In this document: piece after piece, positions 44,679 to 52,794 of the stretch
Layout of the letters: each line of letters opens with the position of its first letter
Position numbering within the stretch: position 1 is the stretch's first letter
NCBI GenBank assembly: GCA_963818505.1
Contig: CAWFSJ010000005.1
Location: 141,540-205,539, forward strand
Source of the DNA: an uncultured Actinomycetota bacterium
GTDB lineage: Bacteria > Actinomycetota > Actinomycetes > S36-B12 > UBA10799
DNA length: 64,000 bases
Direction of reading: 5' to 3'
Translations under genes and position numbers: made by a program
The notes under the pieces: model-generated
Databases searched by the model: none
What the model was told of the DNA's origin: nothing
The model's input: only the letters and a program-made list of their open reading frames with translations

Positions 44679-45439
44679 AACCCCACTGTGAAAGCGCCGT
44701 AGCCCACCACGCGATCGCGCGGACCTGCGGTGTCACCCGAGTTGCGCAGATCCAGCAGGCGCACGTCGTAGTCGAGCCGGTCGGTTGCCACCAGCATGCC
44801 GCGCAACGGGTAGGCGCCGCAGGCGTCGTCGTCGCGGATGGCTGGCCAGTCGCGCGCGACTATCCGCGACGCCGTGGCGCAGTCCTTCTCCAGCGCCGCG
44901 TGATACGGCAAGTAGTGCGACAGGTCCGTGGACACGACCAGCAGGGTCTCAGGATCGGCGAGGAAACCCTGGAGGATGTCGGCAACCTCATACGGGTCGG
45001 CACGTCCCACCAGCAACGGCAACAGCGCCCAGCCCGGCTCCAACTGACGCTGCAGGAAGGGGAGTTGGACCTCGAGGCTGTGCTCGGGCGCGTGGGGGTA
45101 GTCGTCCACGGCGACGCCAAGTTCGGCTATCGCTGCGGTGTCGATCGGCACATCCCCCAGCGGCGTGCGCCAGATCTGCGCCGCTGGCGCCACGATAGCG
45201 GGCACCGCGACGAAATGTGCCGGCCCGGCGAGCACGACCCGCTGGGTCTGCGTGCACGTGCGGTAGGCGTGGGCCGCCACCGGCCCCGAGAAGATGTGCC
45301 CGGCATGAGGAACGATGATCCCTTGCGGCTGAGCCGATCCCTGCGGCGCGGAAGCGAGGTACTCGTCGATCTCATCGGCGAGATCAACCGGGTCCTGGGT
45401 GTAGAAGCGCCCGGCGACAGCTGGTTGTCTGATCCTCAT
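44675..45439 (-). CDS. AmmeMemoRadiSam system protein B (Memo-like)
   Basis: RQPAVAGRFY...IIVPHAGHIFSGPVAAHAY...DLSHY. Confidence 0.85.
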   Translation of the reverse strand: MRIRQPAVAGRFYTQDPVDLADEIDEYLASAPQGSAQPQGIIVPHAGHIFSGPVAAHAYRTCTQTQRVVLAGPAHFVAVPAIVAPAAQIWRTPLGDVPIDTAAIAELGVAVDDYPHAPEHSLEVQLPFLQRQLEPGWALLPLLVGRADPYEVADILQGFLADPETLLVVSTDLSHYLPYHAALEKDCATASRIVARDWPAIRDDDACGAYPLRGMLVATDRLDYDVRLLDLRNSGDTAGPRDRVVGYGAFTVGL

Positions 45440-46764
45440 GTCCCACCCCCTGCTAGAAGCAACCTTTCGACCTTGCCCGACGCGTTGTGCGGGATGGCGT
45501 CGAGACGCTCAATCTGCTTCGGGCGTTTGTACGCCGCCAGCCGCCCGTTCGCCCAACGGATGATGTCGTCGGGAGTCGCATCCCCGCTGTAGGCAGCGCA
45601 CACCCGCTGTCCCCAGCGGTCGTCATCGCGTCCGAACACCGCGATCTCGCCAACACCGGGACATTCCGAGAGCACCGCCTCCACCTCAGCCGGATACACA
45701 TTGACTCCCCCCGTGATGATGAGATCCTCGCGCCTGCCCTCCAGGTACAGGAACCCGTCCTCGAGCCGGCCGAGATCGCCCACGCTGAAGGCATCAGCGT
45801 CCCAGGCAGCGCGTGTCTTCGCCGGGTCGTTCCAATAGGAGAACCGGGCGAACTCGGGGGTGTGACACCAGATGATGCCTTCGCGGATCTCCAGGCGACG
45901 GCCACGACGGGCTCGGCCCACGGTCCCTGGCCGCTGCTCCCAGTCGGAGCCCGGGCACACGGTGAACTGGCCTTCCGTTGAACCGTAGAACTCCCACACT
46001 TGTTCGACTCCGGCCCACTGGTGCAGCTGGCGTTTCAGCGCCGGCGGGCACGCCGCCCCGGCGTGGGTGATCAACCGGTACGGGCTGCGCGGCAGGTCCA
46101 ACTCGAAGAGGCGCCGCAGGTGGCTGGGTACCAGGAACGCATGGGTCGGCTGATGTTCTGCCAGCGCCGCTGCTACGGCTGATGCGTCGAAACCCCCGGG
46201 CAGGATGGCGTTGCCGCCGGCCTGCAGTACCAGCATCGCGTACCGCAGGGGCGCGGCGTGGCACAGCGGCCCGTGGACCAAGGTGACGTCGTCGGCAGTG
46301 AACTCCCATTGGTCCAGCTCGTCACGCCACAGATCCTCTGTACCTAGCACTGCGATGCCCTGCGTGTACACACCTTTGGGTCGTCCGGTGGTACCGGACG
46401 TGTAATGCATCGGCCGTCCGAGCGGCCACGCCGACAGTTCGGGGACGCGCCCACGCCATTCGCTAAGCGCCACCATCTGGGAGGCATCCTCGATCACGAC
46501 CGCAGCACCGCTGTCGGTGACGATGTGTTCGCGTTCCGAGGGCGTCAGCATGGGGTTGATGGGCACGGGGACCAGCCCGGTGCGCAATGCGGCAGCCACG
46601 ATGGCGATGGTGCGGGCCTGCAGTGCGGCCGCCTCCTCAGGAGGATGGCGATGCTCGGGGGTCACCACTGCCACCCGATCGGCGGGCTGCAGCCCCATTT
46701 CCCGCAACCCCCCAGCAGCGGACTGCGTCATCCGCTGGTATTGGCTGGCTTGCAGGACGAACAT
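45436..46764 (-). CDS. Compact ANL-superfamily adenylate-forming ligase (acyl-CoA synthetase-like)
   Basis: YTSGTTGRPKGV, EFYGSTEG, VGDLG, GRREDLIITGGVNVYPAEVE, NASGKV. 4-nt overlap with the Memo gene start. Confidence 0.8.
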   Translation of the reverse strand: MFVLQASQYQRMTQSAAGGLREMGLQPADRVAVVTPEHRHPPEEAAALQARTIAIVAAALRTGLVPVPINPMLTPSEREHIVTDSGAAVVIEDASQMVALSEWRGRVPELSAWPLGRPMHYTSGTTGRPKGVYTQGIAVLGTEDLWRDELDQWEFTADDVTLVHGPLCHAAPLRYAMLVLQAGGNAILPGGFDASAVAAALAEHQPTHAFLVPSHLRRLFELDLPRSPYRLITHAGAACPPALKRQLHQWAGVEQVWEFYGSTEGQFTVCPGSDWEQRPGTVGRARRGRRLEIREGIIWCHTPEFARFSYWNDPAKTRAAWDADAFSVGDLGRLEDGFLYLEGRREDLIITGGVNVYPAEVEAVLSECPGVGEIAVFGRDDDRWGQRVCAAYSGDATPDDIIRWANGRLAAYKRPKQIERLDAIPHNASGKVERLLLAGGGT

Positions 46765-46773
46765 GACGCCAGG

Positions 46774-47877
46774 CTAGCCACGCATCCGGATGGGCAGGCG
46801 CCTGCGGCCCCAGGTCCCGGCAGTAGCAGCGAAGACGCCGGGAAGTCGGGTGCCGCAGCGCGTGCAGGATCCGGCTGCGTCGAGATCGTAGGCCAACAAC
46901 TCGTACCAGTCCCGCACGATGAGCGGACTCTTGCACGTCGGGCAGTAGGTGGTGTCGCCGGCTGAGTCGTGGACGTTGCCCGTATAGGCGAAGCGCACAC
47001 CTTCGGCCGTCGCGATCTGCCTGGCACGGGCCAACGACGCCGGTGGCGTCCTGGGCACATCGAGCATCTTCCAGTCCGGGTGAAATGCGCTGAAGTGCAT
47101 GGGGACGTCCGGACCGAGGTGTTCGACCACCCACCTCGCCATGCGCGTCAATTCCTCGTCCGAGTCGTTGTGACCGGGCACCACCAGGGTGGTCAGCTCC
47201 ACCCACACGTCGGATTCCTTGACCGCCCACTCGATCGTCTCGAGGACCGCCTGCAGATGTCCGCCGCAGACCTTGCGGTAGTAGTCCTCGGTGAATCCCT
47301 TCAGGTCGATGTTGACCGCGTCCATGGCCTCGAACAACTCGGCCCGCGGCTCGGGTTCGATGTAACCGGCCGTCACCCCCACTGTCTTGATGCCGGCATC
47401 CCGGCAGGCATAGGCGGTGTCCACCGCGTACTCGAGGAACACCACTGGATCGTTGTAGGTGAACGCGACGCTGGTGCACCCGTACCGAAGCGCTGCGTCG
47501 GCGATCGCCTGCGGGGAGGCACTGTCAGCCAGCGTGTCGATGTCGCGCGACTTCGAGATGTCCCAGTTCTGGCAGAACTTGCAGGTGAGGTTGCAGCCAG
47601 CCGTACCGAATGAAAGAACCGGAGTCCCCGGCAGGAAGTGGTTCAGTGGCTTCTTCTCGATCGGGTCGATGCAGTACCCACTGGACCTGCCATACGTCGT
47701 CGAAACGATCCGGTCACTGTCGCGGGCACGGACGAAACACAATCCCCGCTGCCCCTCGTGGAGCCGACAAGCCCGCGGGCAGACATCGCACTGCACACGG
47801 CCGTCGTCGAGAAGGTGCCAGTACTTCGTCTCTGACACCTGACCCAACGACGCGCTCGTGCGTGACTGCGCCCCCAC
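46774..47877 (-). CDS. AmmeMemoRadiSam system radical SAM enzyme
   Basis: CDVCPRAC N-terminal Cys motif and the CNLTCKFCQNW radical-SAM CX3CX2C motif. Confidence 0.85.
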   Translation of the reverse strand: MGAQSRTSASLGQVSETKYWHLLDDGRVQCDVCPRACRLHEGQRGLCFVRARDSDRIVSTTYGRSSGYCIDPIEKKPLNHFLPGTPVLSFGTAGCNLTCKFCQNWDISKSRDIDTLADSASPQAIADAALRYGCTSVAFTYNDPVVFLEYAVDTAYACRDAGIKTVGVTAGYIEPEPRAELFEAMDAVNIDLKGFTEDYYRKVCGGHLQAVLETIEWAVKESDVWVELTTLVVPGHNDSDEELTRMARWVVEHLGPDVPMHFSAFHPDWKMLDVPRTPPASLARARQIATAEGVRFAYTGNVHDSAGDTTYCPTCKSPLIVRDWYELLAYDLDAAGSCTRCGTRLPGVFAATAGTWGRRRLPIRMRG

Positions 47878-47908
47878 ACCTCAAGGGCACCACCGCACCA
47901 TCGCGGTG

Positions 47909-48286
47909 TCAAGGCTGGTCGGGGGCCGTCTGCAGGTGATACGCGTAATGACTGTCCATGGCCAGCAAGAAGCCGCCCTGGACCACGACCGCGGCACCGT
48001 CACCGCGGTACTGCTGCTTGCGCAGCAGCCACGCACCAACACTGACGTATCCCACATCGGCCAAGGTGTTGATCATCAGGATCTTGCGCAGGCGGGCAGG
48101 ATCCGGGTCCGGTCTACTCCGGCCGTAGATCACGATGGCGGCGTTCACCACACCCCAGGCCAGCGTCTGACGGCCGAAGGAGCGAACTACTTGCGGCCCC
48201 CCTGCGGCCCAGAGGGCACCTCCGGCGACGATCGAGGACGCAGACCAGACGGTGAAGGTCCGTATGAGGTCCTTGGATGTGGCCAT
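47909..48286 (-). CDS. Small multi-pass membrane protein (unknown family)
   Basis: 125 aa with 3-4 hydrophobic segments. The ATG directly abuts the upstream stop. Confidence 0.5.
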   Translation of the reverse strand: MATSKDLIRTFTVWSASSIVAGGALWAAGGPQVVRSFGRQTLAWGVVNAAIVIYGRSRPDPDPARLRKILMINTLADVGYVSVGAWLLRKQQYRGDGAAVVVQGGFLLAMDSHYAYHLQTAPDQP

Positions 48287-48508
48287 TCACCCCTCCAGGA
48301 ACGGGCAGTGGCGGCAGCCGTTGTGGCAGCACGATCCACGCTCGAGGTGATACGCCGCGGTCAGCACGAACAGGCCCGAATCAGGGTCGATGTAGCCGGG
48401 CTGGTGGGCGTCGACGGCCGCCTCGTGCAAACGCAGGATCTCTTCGAAACGTGGATGTTCGCACGACAGCCGATCCGGATGCGGGGTCATGGGGTCGCAG
48501 CGTGCCAC
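48287..48508 (-). CDS. DUF5522-like small cysteine-rich protein
   Basis: 73 aa ending ...LERGSCCHNGCRHCPFLEG. Confidence 0.6.
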   Translation of the reverse strand: MARCDPMTPHPDRLSCEHPRFEEILRLHEAAVDAHQPGYIDPDSGLFVLTAAYHLERGSCCHNGCRHCPFLEG

Positions 48509-48515
48509 CTAGCCA

Positions 48516-49148
48516 TTATTCGGGTGGTCCGACCATGTCCGCCAATGCGCCCATCAAAGGACGCATCTTCTCGAAACTGGTACGCACCGTGGATTGCAGC
48601 CGTTTGGTTCCCATCCAGGCCTGTGGCTGCCAGGTCCGCGTGACATGCAGGGTTCGGTGCCGCAGCAGGTCGAGGTCGGGGTTGTCGTCGTCAACCCCGC
48701 GCGGCTTGGTCTTCAGTTGCTCACCGCCGACTTCGAACCCAGCCCTTGGCAGCGCCTTGAGCGCAGCCCGAAGTGTCACGGCGCCCGATTCGAGGATGTG
48801 CTCCCGGAATCGTTTGACCTGCATCGGGGTCGACTGGTACCACCCACCGGCCACCATGAGCCCGCTTGCGCTGACTTGCAGGTACCAGCCCAGACCGTTG
48901 TCCGCGGCGAAGACGCAGCCCTGGTGATCCTTGATCGGGGCAGCGTCACGGCTGAACCGCATGTCCCTATAGGGCCGATACAGGTGCCCGGGCCCGAACT
49001 CCGGTGCGAGCTCCTCGGCCAGGTCGCTGAGGGGTTCCCGGACGAACTGCTCGTACTGCGCCTTGTGTTCAGCCCAGAACTCCCTGGTGTTCTCGGCCTC
49101 GAGCCGCTCGTAGAACTCGAAGGCTTCCGCCGGTATTCCGTTGGTCAT
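48516..49148 (-). CDS. DUF2461 (TIGR02453) family protein
   Basis: FEFYERLEAENTREFWAEHK...YRPYRDMRFSRD...GWY. ATG at 49148. Confidence 0.75.
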   Translation of the reverse strand: MTNGIPAEAFEFYERLEAENTREFWAEHKAQYEQFVREPLSDLAEELAPEFGPGHLYRPYRDMRFSRDAAPIKDHQGCVFAADNGLGWYLQVSASGLMVAGGWYQSTPMQVKRFREHILESGAVTLRAALKALPRAGFEVGGEQLKTKPRGVDDDNPDLDLLRHRTLHVTRTWQPQAWMGTKRLQSTVRTSFEKMRPLMGALADMVGPPE

Positions 49149-49256
49149 GACCCCAGAGTGCCAGCAACCAGCGACCCCGGGAACCACGTTGCCAGCGGGC
49201 TGTGGACCGACGTCGACAGGAATCCACAGGGCGATCCACACGGCTAGTGTCTGAGC

Positions 49257-50534
49257 ATGGTTCAGGATCAGGGCCTGACGGCACGCGTGGTCGCCGCCTC
49301 CGCGGGCCGCGACCGGGTCCTGGACGCCGTGAAGGCTCTCGCGCTTCTGATAGTGATCATGGGTCACAGCCTGGCGTGGCACGTGCGCCCGGACGCGTCA
49401 GCTGTGAACGTGCTGGAGGACGCCCACGCCTTGATCCCCTTGACCTGGATCTTCCAGGTTCTCCCGCTGTTCTTCGCCGCCGGCGCGGTCTCCAACGCCG
49501 CATCACTTGCCAGACACGGCAGCACCGGCTACCTACAGGCCAGGGGCACCCGCCTGCTGGCACCCGTGGTCGTCTACGCCACCGTTTGGACGCTGGTGCT
49601 GCTGCCCTTGAGCAGTGTCGAACTGGTGGCCGGGGCGGGCCGATTCTTGGCGCAGTTGCTTTGGTTCGCCGGCGTGTACCTGCTTGTGGCCTCAGCCGCG
49701 GTGTTCACGACCCGCTGGGTGGGCAAACCGGCACTCTCGCTGGGGATGTGGCTGATCGCGATCATCGCCATGGATTTCGTTCGGACGACCGGGTTCGCCT
49801 CCTGGGGTTGGATCAACATGCTGCTCGTCTGGGGCTGGCTGCACCAGGTGGGCTATTACCTACCGAAACTGCGTCGCCGAGCCTGGCTGCTTCCGGTCGG
49901 CCTGGCGCTGATCGGGGTGGCCGTGGCGATTGCATTCCGCGGCCCCTACTCGCATTCCCTGATCTCGGTGGCCGGGGTGCCCGGGCTGTCCAACCTCGCA
50001 CCGCCGAGCCTGGTACTGGCGGTCTTCGGTGCCGGACAGATCCTGCTCCTGGCTGGCGCCTGGAAGTGGTTGGAAGCACTACTCGACTCCGATCGGCTAT
50101 GGGCCGGCGTGGCACTCGTCGGAGCGCGTGGGATGGGCATGTATCTGTGGCACATCCCGCTGGTCGGCATCGCCGCCGGCACGGCCATCGCCCTGGGCTG
50201 GAGCCAACCGCCGCTCAGCGCTGCATGGTGGCTGGTCCACATCGCTGTCGTCGTGCTGGTCGTGCCGCTGGCCTGGTCCATCGCTGGGCTCGCGGCAATC
50301 CCCGAGCGACGCCTGCGTCGCGTCCACCTCCCGTCGGCATCAGCCGCGCTGGGTTGTGTCCTCGGCGCGGCGACGGTGATCAACCTGTCGGTCACAGGCT
50401 TCGCCACTCTGGCTGGCACAGGCGCGATCGGACTGCCATCCTCGGCTGTGCTCAATCTGGCGCTGGTCTGGCTGGCGTGGGCGTTGGTGAACCCGGGCTC
50501 ACCTGGTGAAGAGCACGCTCAGACCCAGCAGTAG
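49257..50534 (+). CDS. Acyltransferase-3 (OafA-like) family membrane protein
   Basis: RVLDAVKALALLIVIMGHS... followed by about 10 TM segments. Confidence 0.8.
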   Translation: MVQDQGLTARVVAASAGRDRVLDAVKALALLIVIMGHSLAWHVRPDASAVNVLEDAHALIPLTWIFQVLPLFFAAGAVSNAASLARHGSTGYLQARGTRLLAPVVVYATVWTLVLLPLSSVELVAGAGRFLAQLLWFAGVYLLVASAAVFTTRWVGKPALSLGMWLIAIIAMDFVRTTGFASWGWINMLLVWGWLHQVGYYLPKLRRRAWLLPVGLALIGVAVAIAFRGPYSHSLISVAGVPGLSNLAPPSLVLAVFGAGQILLLAGAWKWLEALLDSDRLWAGVALVGARGMGMYLWHIPLVGIAAGTAIALGWSQPPLSAAWWLVHIAVVVLVVPLAWSIAGLAAIPERRLRRVHLPSASAALGCVLGAATVINLSVTGFATLAGTGAIGLPSSAVLNLALVWLAWALVNPGSPGEEHAQTQQ

Positions 50535-50768
50535 TCCGGCAACCGTGAGGACCGCAGGTTCCCAGGTCGCCACGGGCACCCCGGAGCGCAGAACACGCAT
50601 CCGATGTGCCGCCGGCACACAGCCGAGGATTGTGAGCAGCGCTGTGGGAACCGCCAGATGCACGAGTCCGACACTCACCAAGTGGACCGCCCCGATGCCG
50701 CCGACCACCAGAACCGTCAGGATCGTACGCCGCCAGGCAAGCCGAGTGCGTTCGGCCTGGGAGTTCAC
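50499..50768 (-). CDS. DUF202 (YidH-like) membrane protein, second copy
   Basis: AERTRLAWRRTILTVLVV... The GTG at 50768 overlaps the upstream stop (GTGA). Confidence 0.55.
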   Translation of the reverse strand: MNSQAERTRLAWRRTILTVLVVGGIGAVHLVSVGLVHLAVPTALLTILGCVPAAHRMRVLRSGVPVATWEPAVLTVAGLLLGLSVLFTR

Positions 50769-51091
50769 ACCAACATGCCGATCAGGACGATGAATGCCAA
50801 GAGCACAATGCCGCCGGTGAGCAGCAGCGGTGCCCGCTGGCTGGGCAGGGGGTCGCCCGTCTGCATGGCCGCTTGGACGCGGCGCCACTGACCATACGAG
50901 GTGACCGCAAGAACGCCTCCCAGCGCAGTGAAACCGAACGCGGCCACCGCGACCGACCAGGTGCTGCCCACATCCGACATGAAGATCCTGATCCCGATAC
51001 CCCCGGCGATCAGGGCCAGGGCGGTGCGGACCCAGGCCAGATAGGTTCGCTCGTTGGCCAGGGAGTATCGGTAGTCGGGTTCCTCGATCAC
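50765..51091 (-). CDS. DUF202 (YidH-like) membrane protein
   Basis: LANERTYLAWVRTALALIAGG... The GTG start overlaps the GH13 stop (GTGA). Confidence 0.75.
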   Translation of the reverse strand: MIEEPDYRYSLANERTYLAWVRTALALIAGGIGIRIFMSDVGSTWSVAVAAFGFTALGGVLAVTSYGQWRRVQAAMQTGDPLPSQRAPLLLTGGIVLLAFIVLIGMLV

Positions 51092-52779
51092 AGGCTGACC
51101 TTCCTTCGCACGACGCGTACCTCCCAGGCACGCAGCTCGTCGGTGTACGGGTCGGGGTAGTTCGCGACGACCACGTCCCCGTGGGCGTCGATGGGCAGGC
51201 GAGGAGTTGTGGCGCTGAAGTTGCCGACGACCAACAACTGCTCTTGACCCAAGGTGCGCGTGAAGACGTACAGGACGGGATCGTCGGCAAGCAGCAGTTC
51301 GAACGTTCCCTGTTGCACCACCGGATCATCGTGGCGCAAAGCGATCAGTCGCTTGTAGAAGGAGAAGACCGACCCCTCATCGCCGACCTGGGCCTCGGCG
51401 TTGATCGTTGTGTGGTTCGGGTTGACAGGCAACCACGGCCGCCCATCGGTGAACCCGGCATGCGGCAAGGCAGTCCACTGCATAGGTGTGCGGGCGTTGT
51501 CGCGGGCCACCGATTTCATCGCCTCGAGGACGACCTGCGGGTCCTCCCCCTTCTCCAGCACTGCCTCGCGGTAGAAGTTGATGGCCTCGACGTCCTGGAA
51601 CTGGTCGATCGACGTGAACGGGTAGTCCGTCATGCCCAGTTCCTCACCCTGGTAGACATACGGGGTCCCCTTATGCAGATGCAGGATCGCTGCCAACAAG
51701 GTCGCCGACTCATACCAATGGTCCAGATCGCCGAAGCGGGAGACGGCCCGCGGACGGTCGTGGTTGTCCCAGTACAGACTGTTCCAACCCGCGTCGGCCA
51801 GCCCCTCCTGCCATTTGGCGAGATTCTTCTTCAGCTCCGGCAGGCTGAGCGGGCGATGCTCCCACTTCGTCGCGCCGTGATCGAGTTGCATGTGCTCGAA
51901 CTGGAAGACCATGTCCAACTCCCGGCGGGCCAGGTCCGTAACCAGACGTGCCTGCTCAACACTGATCCCCGGGGTCTCGCCGACCGTGAGGAGGTCGGCG
52001 TCCCGGTGCGCGAAGACCTCCCGATTCATCTCCTGCAGAAACTCGTGCAGGCGTGGACCGTTGGCGTAATAGGGCGAGCCATCACCGTGGAGTTCACCAG
52101 GTCCAACCTCACCGTCGGGCAGACCGGGCATCTTGGAGATCAGGTTGATGACGTCCATCCGGAAGCCGTCGACTCCGCGGTCCAGCCACCAGGTCATCAT
52201 CGCGTAGACGGCCTGGCGCACCTGCGGGTTCTCCCAGTTGAGATCAGGCTGCTTGCGGGTGAACAGATGCAGGTAGTAGGCCTGCGAGACCTCATCGAAC
52301 TCCCATGCGCTGCCGGAGAAGATCGACGCCCAGTTGTTCGGCGGTTCGCTCCCTTTGCCTTCTCGCCACCAGTACCAATCGCGCTTCGGGTTGAGTGGAT
52401 CGCGCGAGGCCTGGAACCAACGATGCTCATCGGAGGTGTGGTTGACGACCAGATCCATGATCAGCTTCATTCCCCTGTCATGCAGTCCAGCCACCAACCG
52501 GTCGAATTGCTCCAGGGTTCCGAACATGGGGTCGATCGCATGGTAGTCGCTGATGTCGTACCCGTTGTCGTCCTGCGGAGACTGGTAGATGGGGGACAGC
52601 CAGACGGCGTCCACACCCAATTCGGCCAGGTAGTCCAGTTTGGAGATGATCCCTTCAATGTCCCCGAACCCGTCCGAGTTCGAGTCCGCGAAGGAACGCG
52701 GGTAGATCTGATACACGACTGCATTCATCCACCAGTGCGCCACGTGGCAAACGCTAGGGCAGTGGGCCCCGGGAGTCAC
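51088..52779 (-). CDS. GH13 alpha-glucosidase / oligo-1,6-glucosidase-type enzyme
   Basis: WWMNAVVYQIYPRSF...GVDAVWLSPIYQSPQDDNGYDISDY...DLVVNHTSDEH...GFRMDVI...EELG... Substrate specificity cannot be assigned. Confidence 0.85.
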   Translation of the reverse strand: MTPGAHCPSVCHVAHWWMNAVVYQIYPRSFADSNSDGFGDIEGIISKLDYLAELGVDAVWLSPIYQSPQDDNGYDISDYHAIDPMFGTLEQFDRLVAGLHDRGMKLIMDLVVNHTSDEHRWFQASRDPLNPKRDWYWWREGKGSEPPNNWASIFSGSAWEFDEVSQAYYLHLFTRKQPDLNWENPQVRQAVYAMMTWWLDRGVDGFRMDVINLISKMPGLPDGEVGPGELHGDGSPYYANGPRLHEFLQEMNREVFAHRDADLLTVGETPGISVEQARLVTDLARRELDMVFQFEHMQLDHGATKWEHRPLSLPELKKNLAKWQEGLADAGWNSLYWDNHDRPRAVSRFGDLDHWYESATLLAAILHLHKGTPYVYQGEELGMTDYPFTSIDQFQDVEAINFYREAVLEKGEDPQVVLEAMKSVARDNARTPMQWTALPHAGFTDGRPWLPVNPNHTTINAEAQVGDEGSVFSFYKRLIALRHDDPVVQQGTFELLLADDPVLYVFTRTLGQEQLLVVGNFSATTPRLPIDAHGDVVVANYPDPYTDELRAWEVRVVRRKVSL

Positions 52780-52794
52780 GACGCCGGACCGGAC

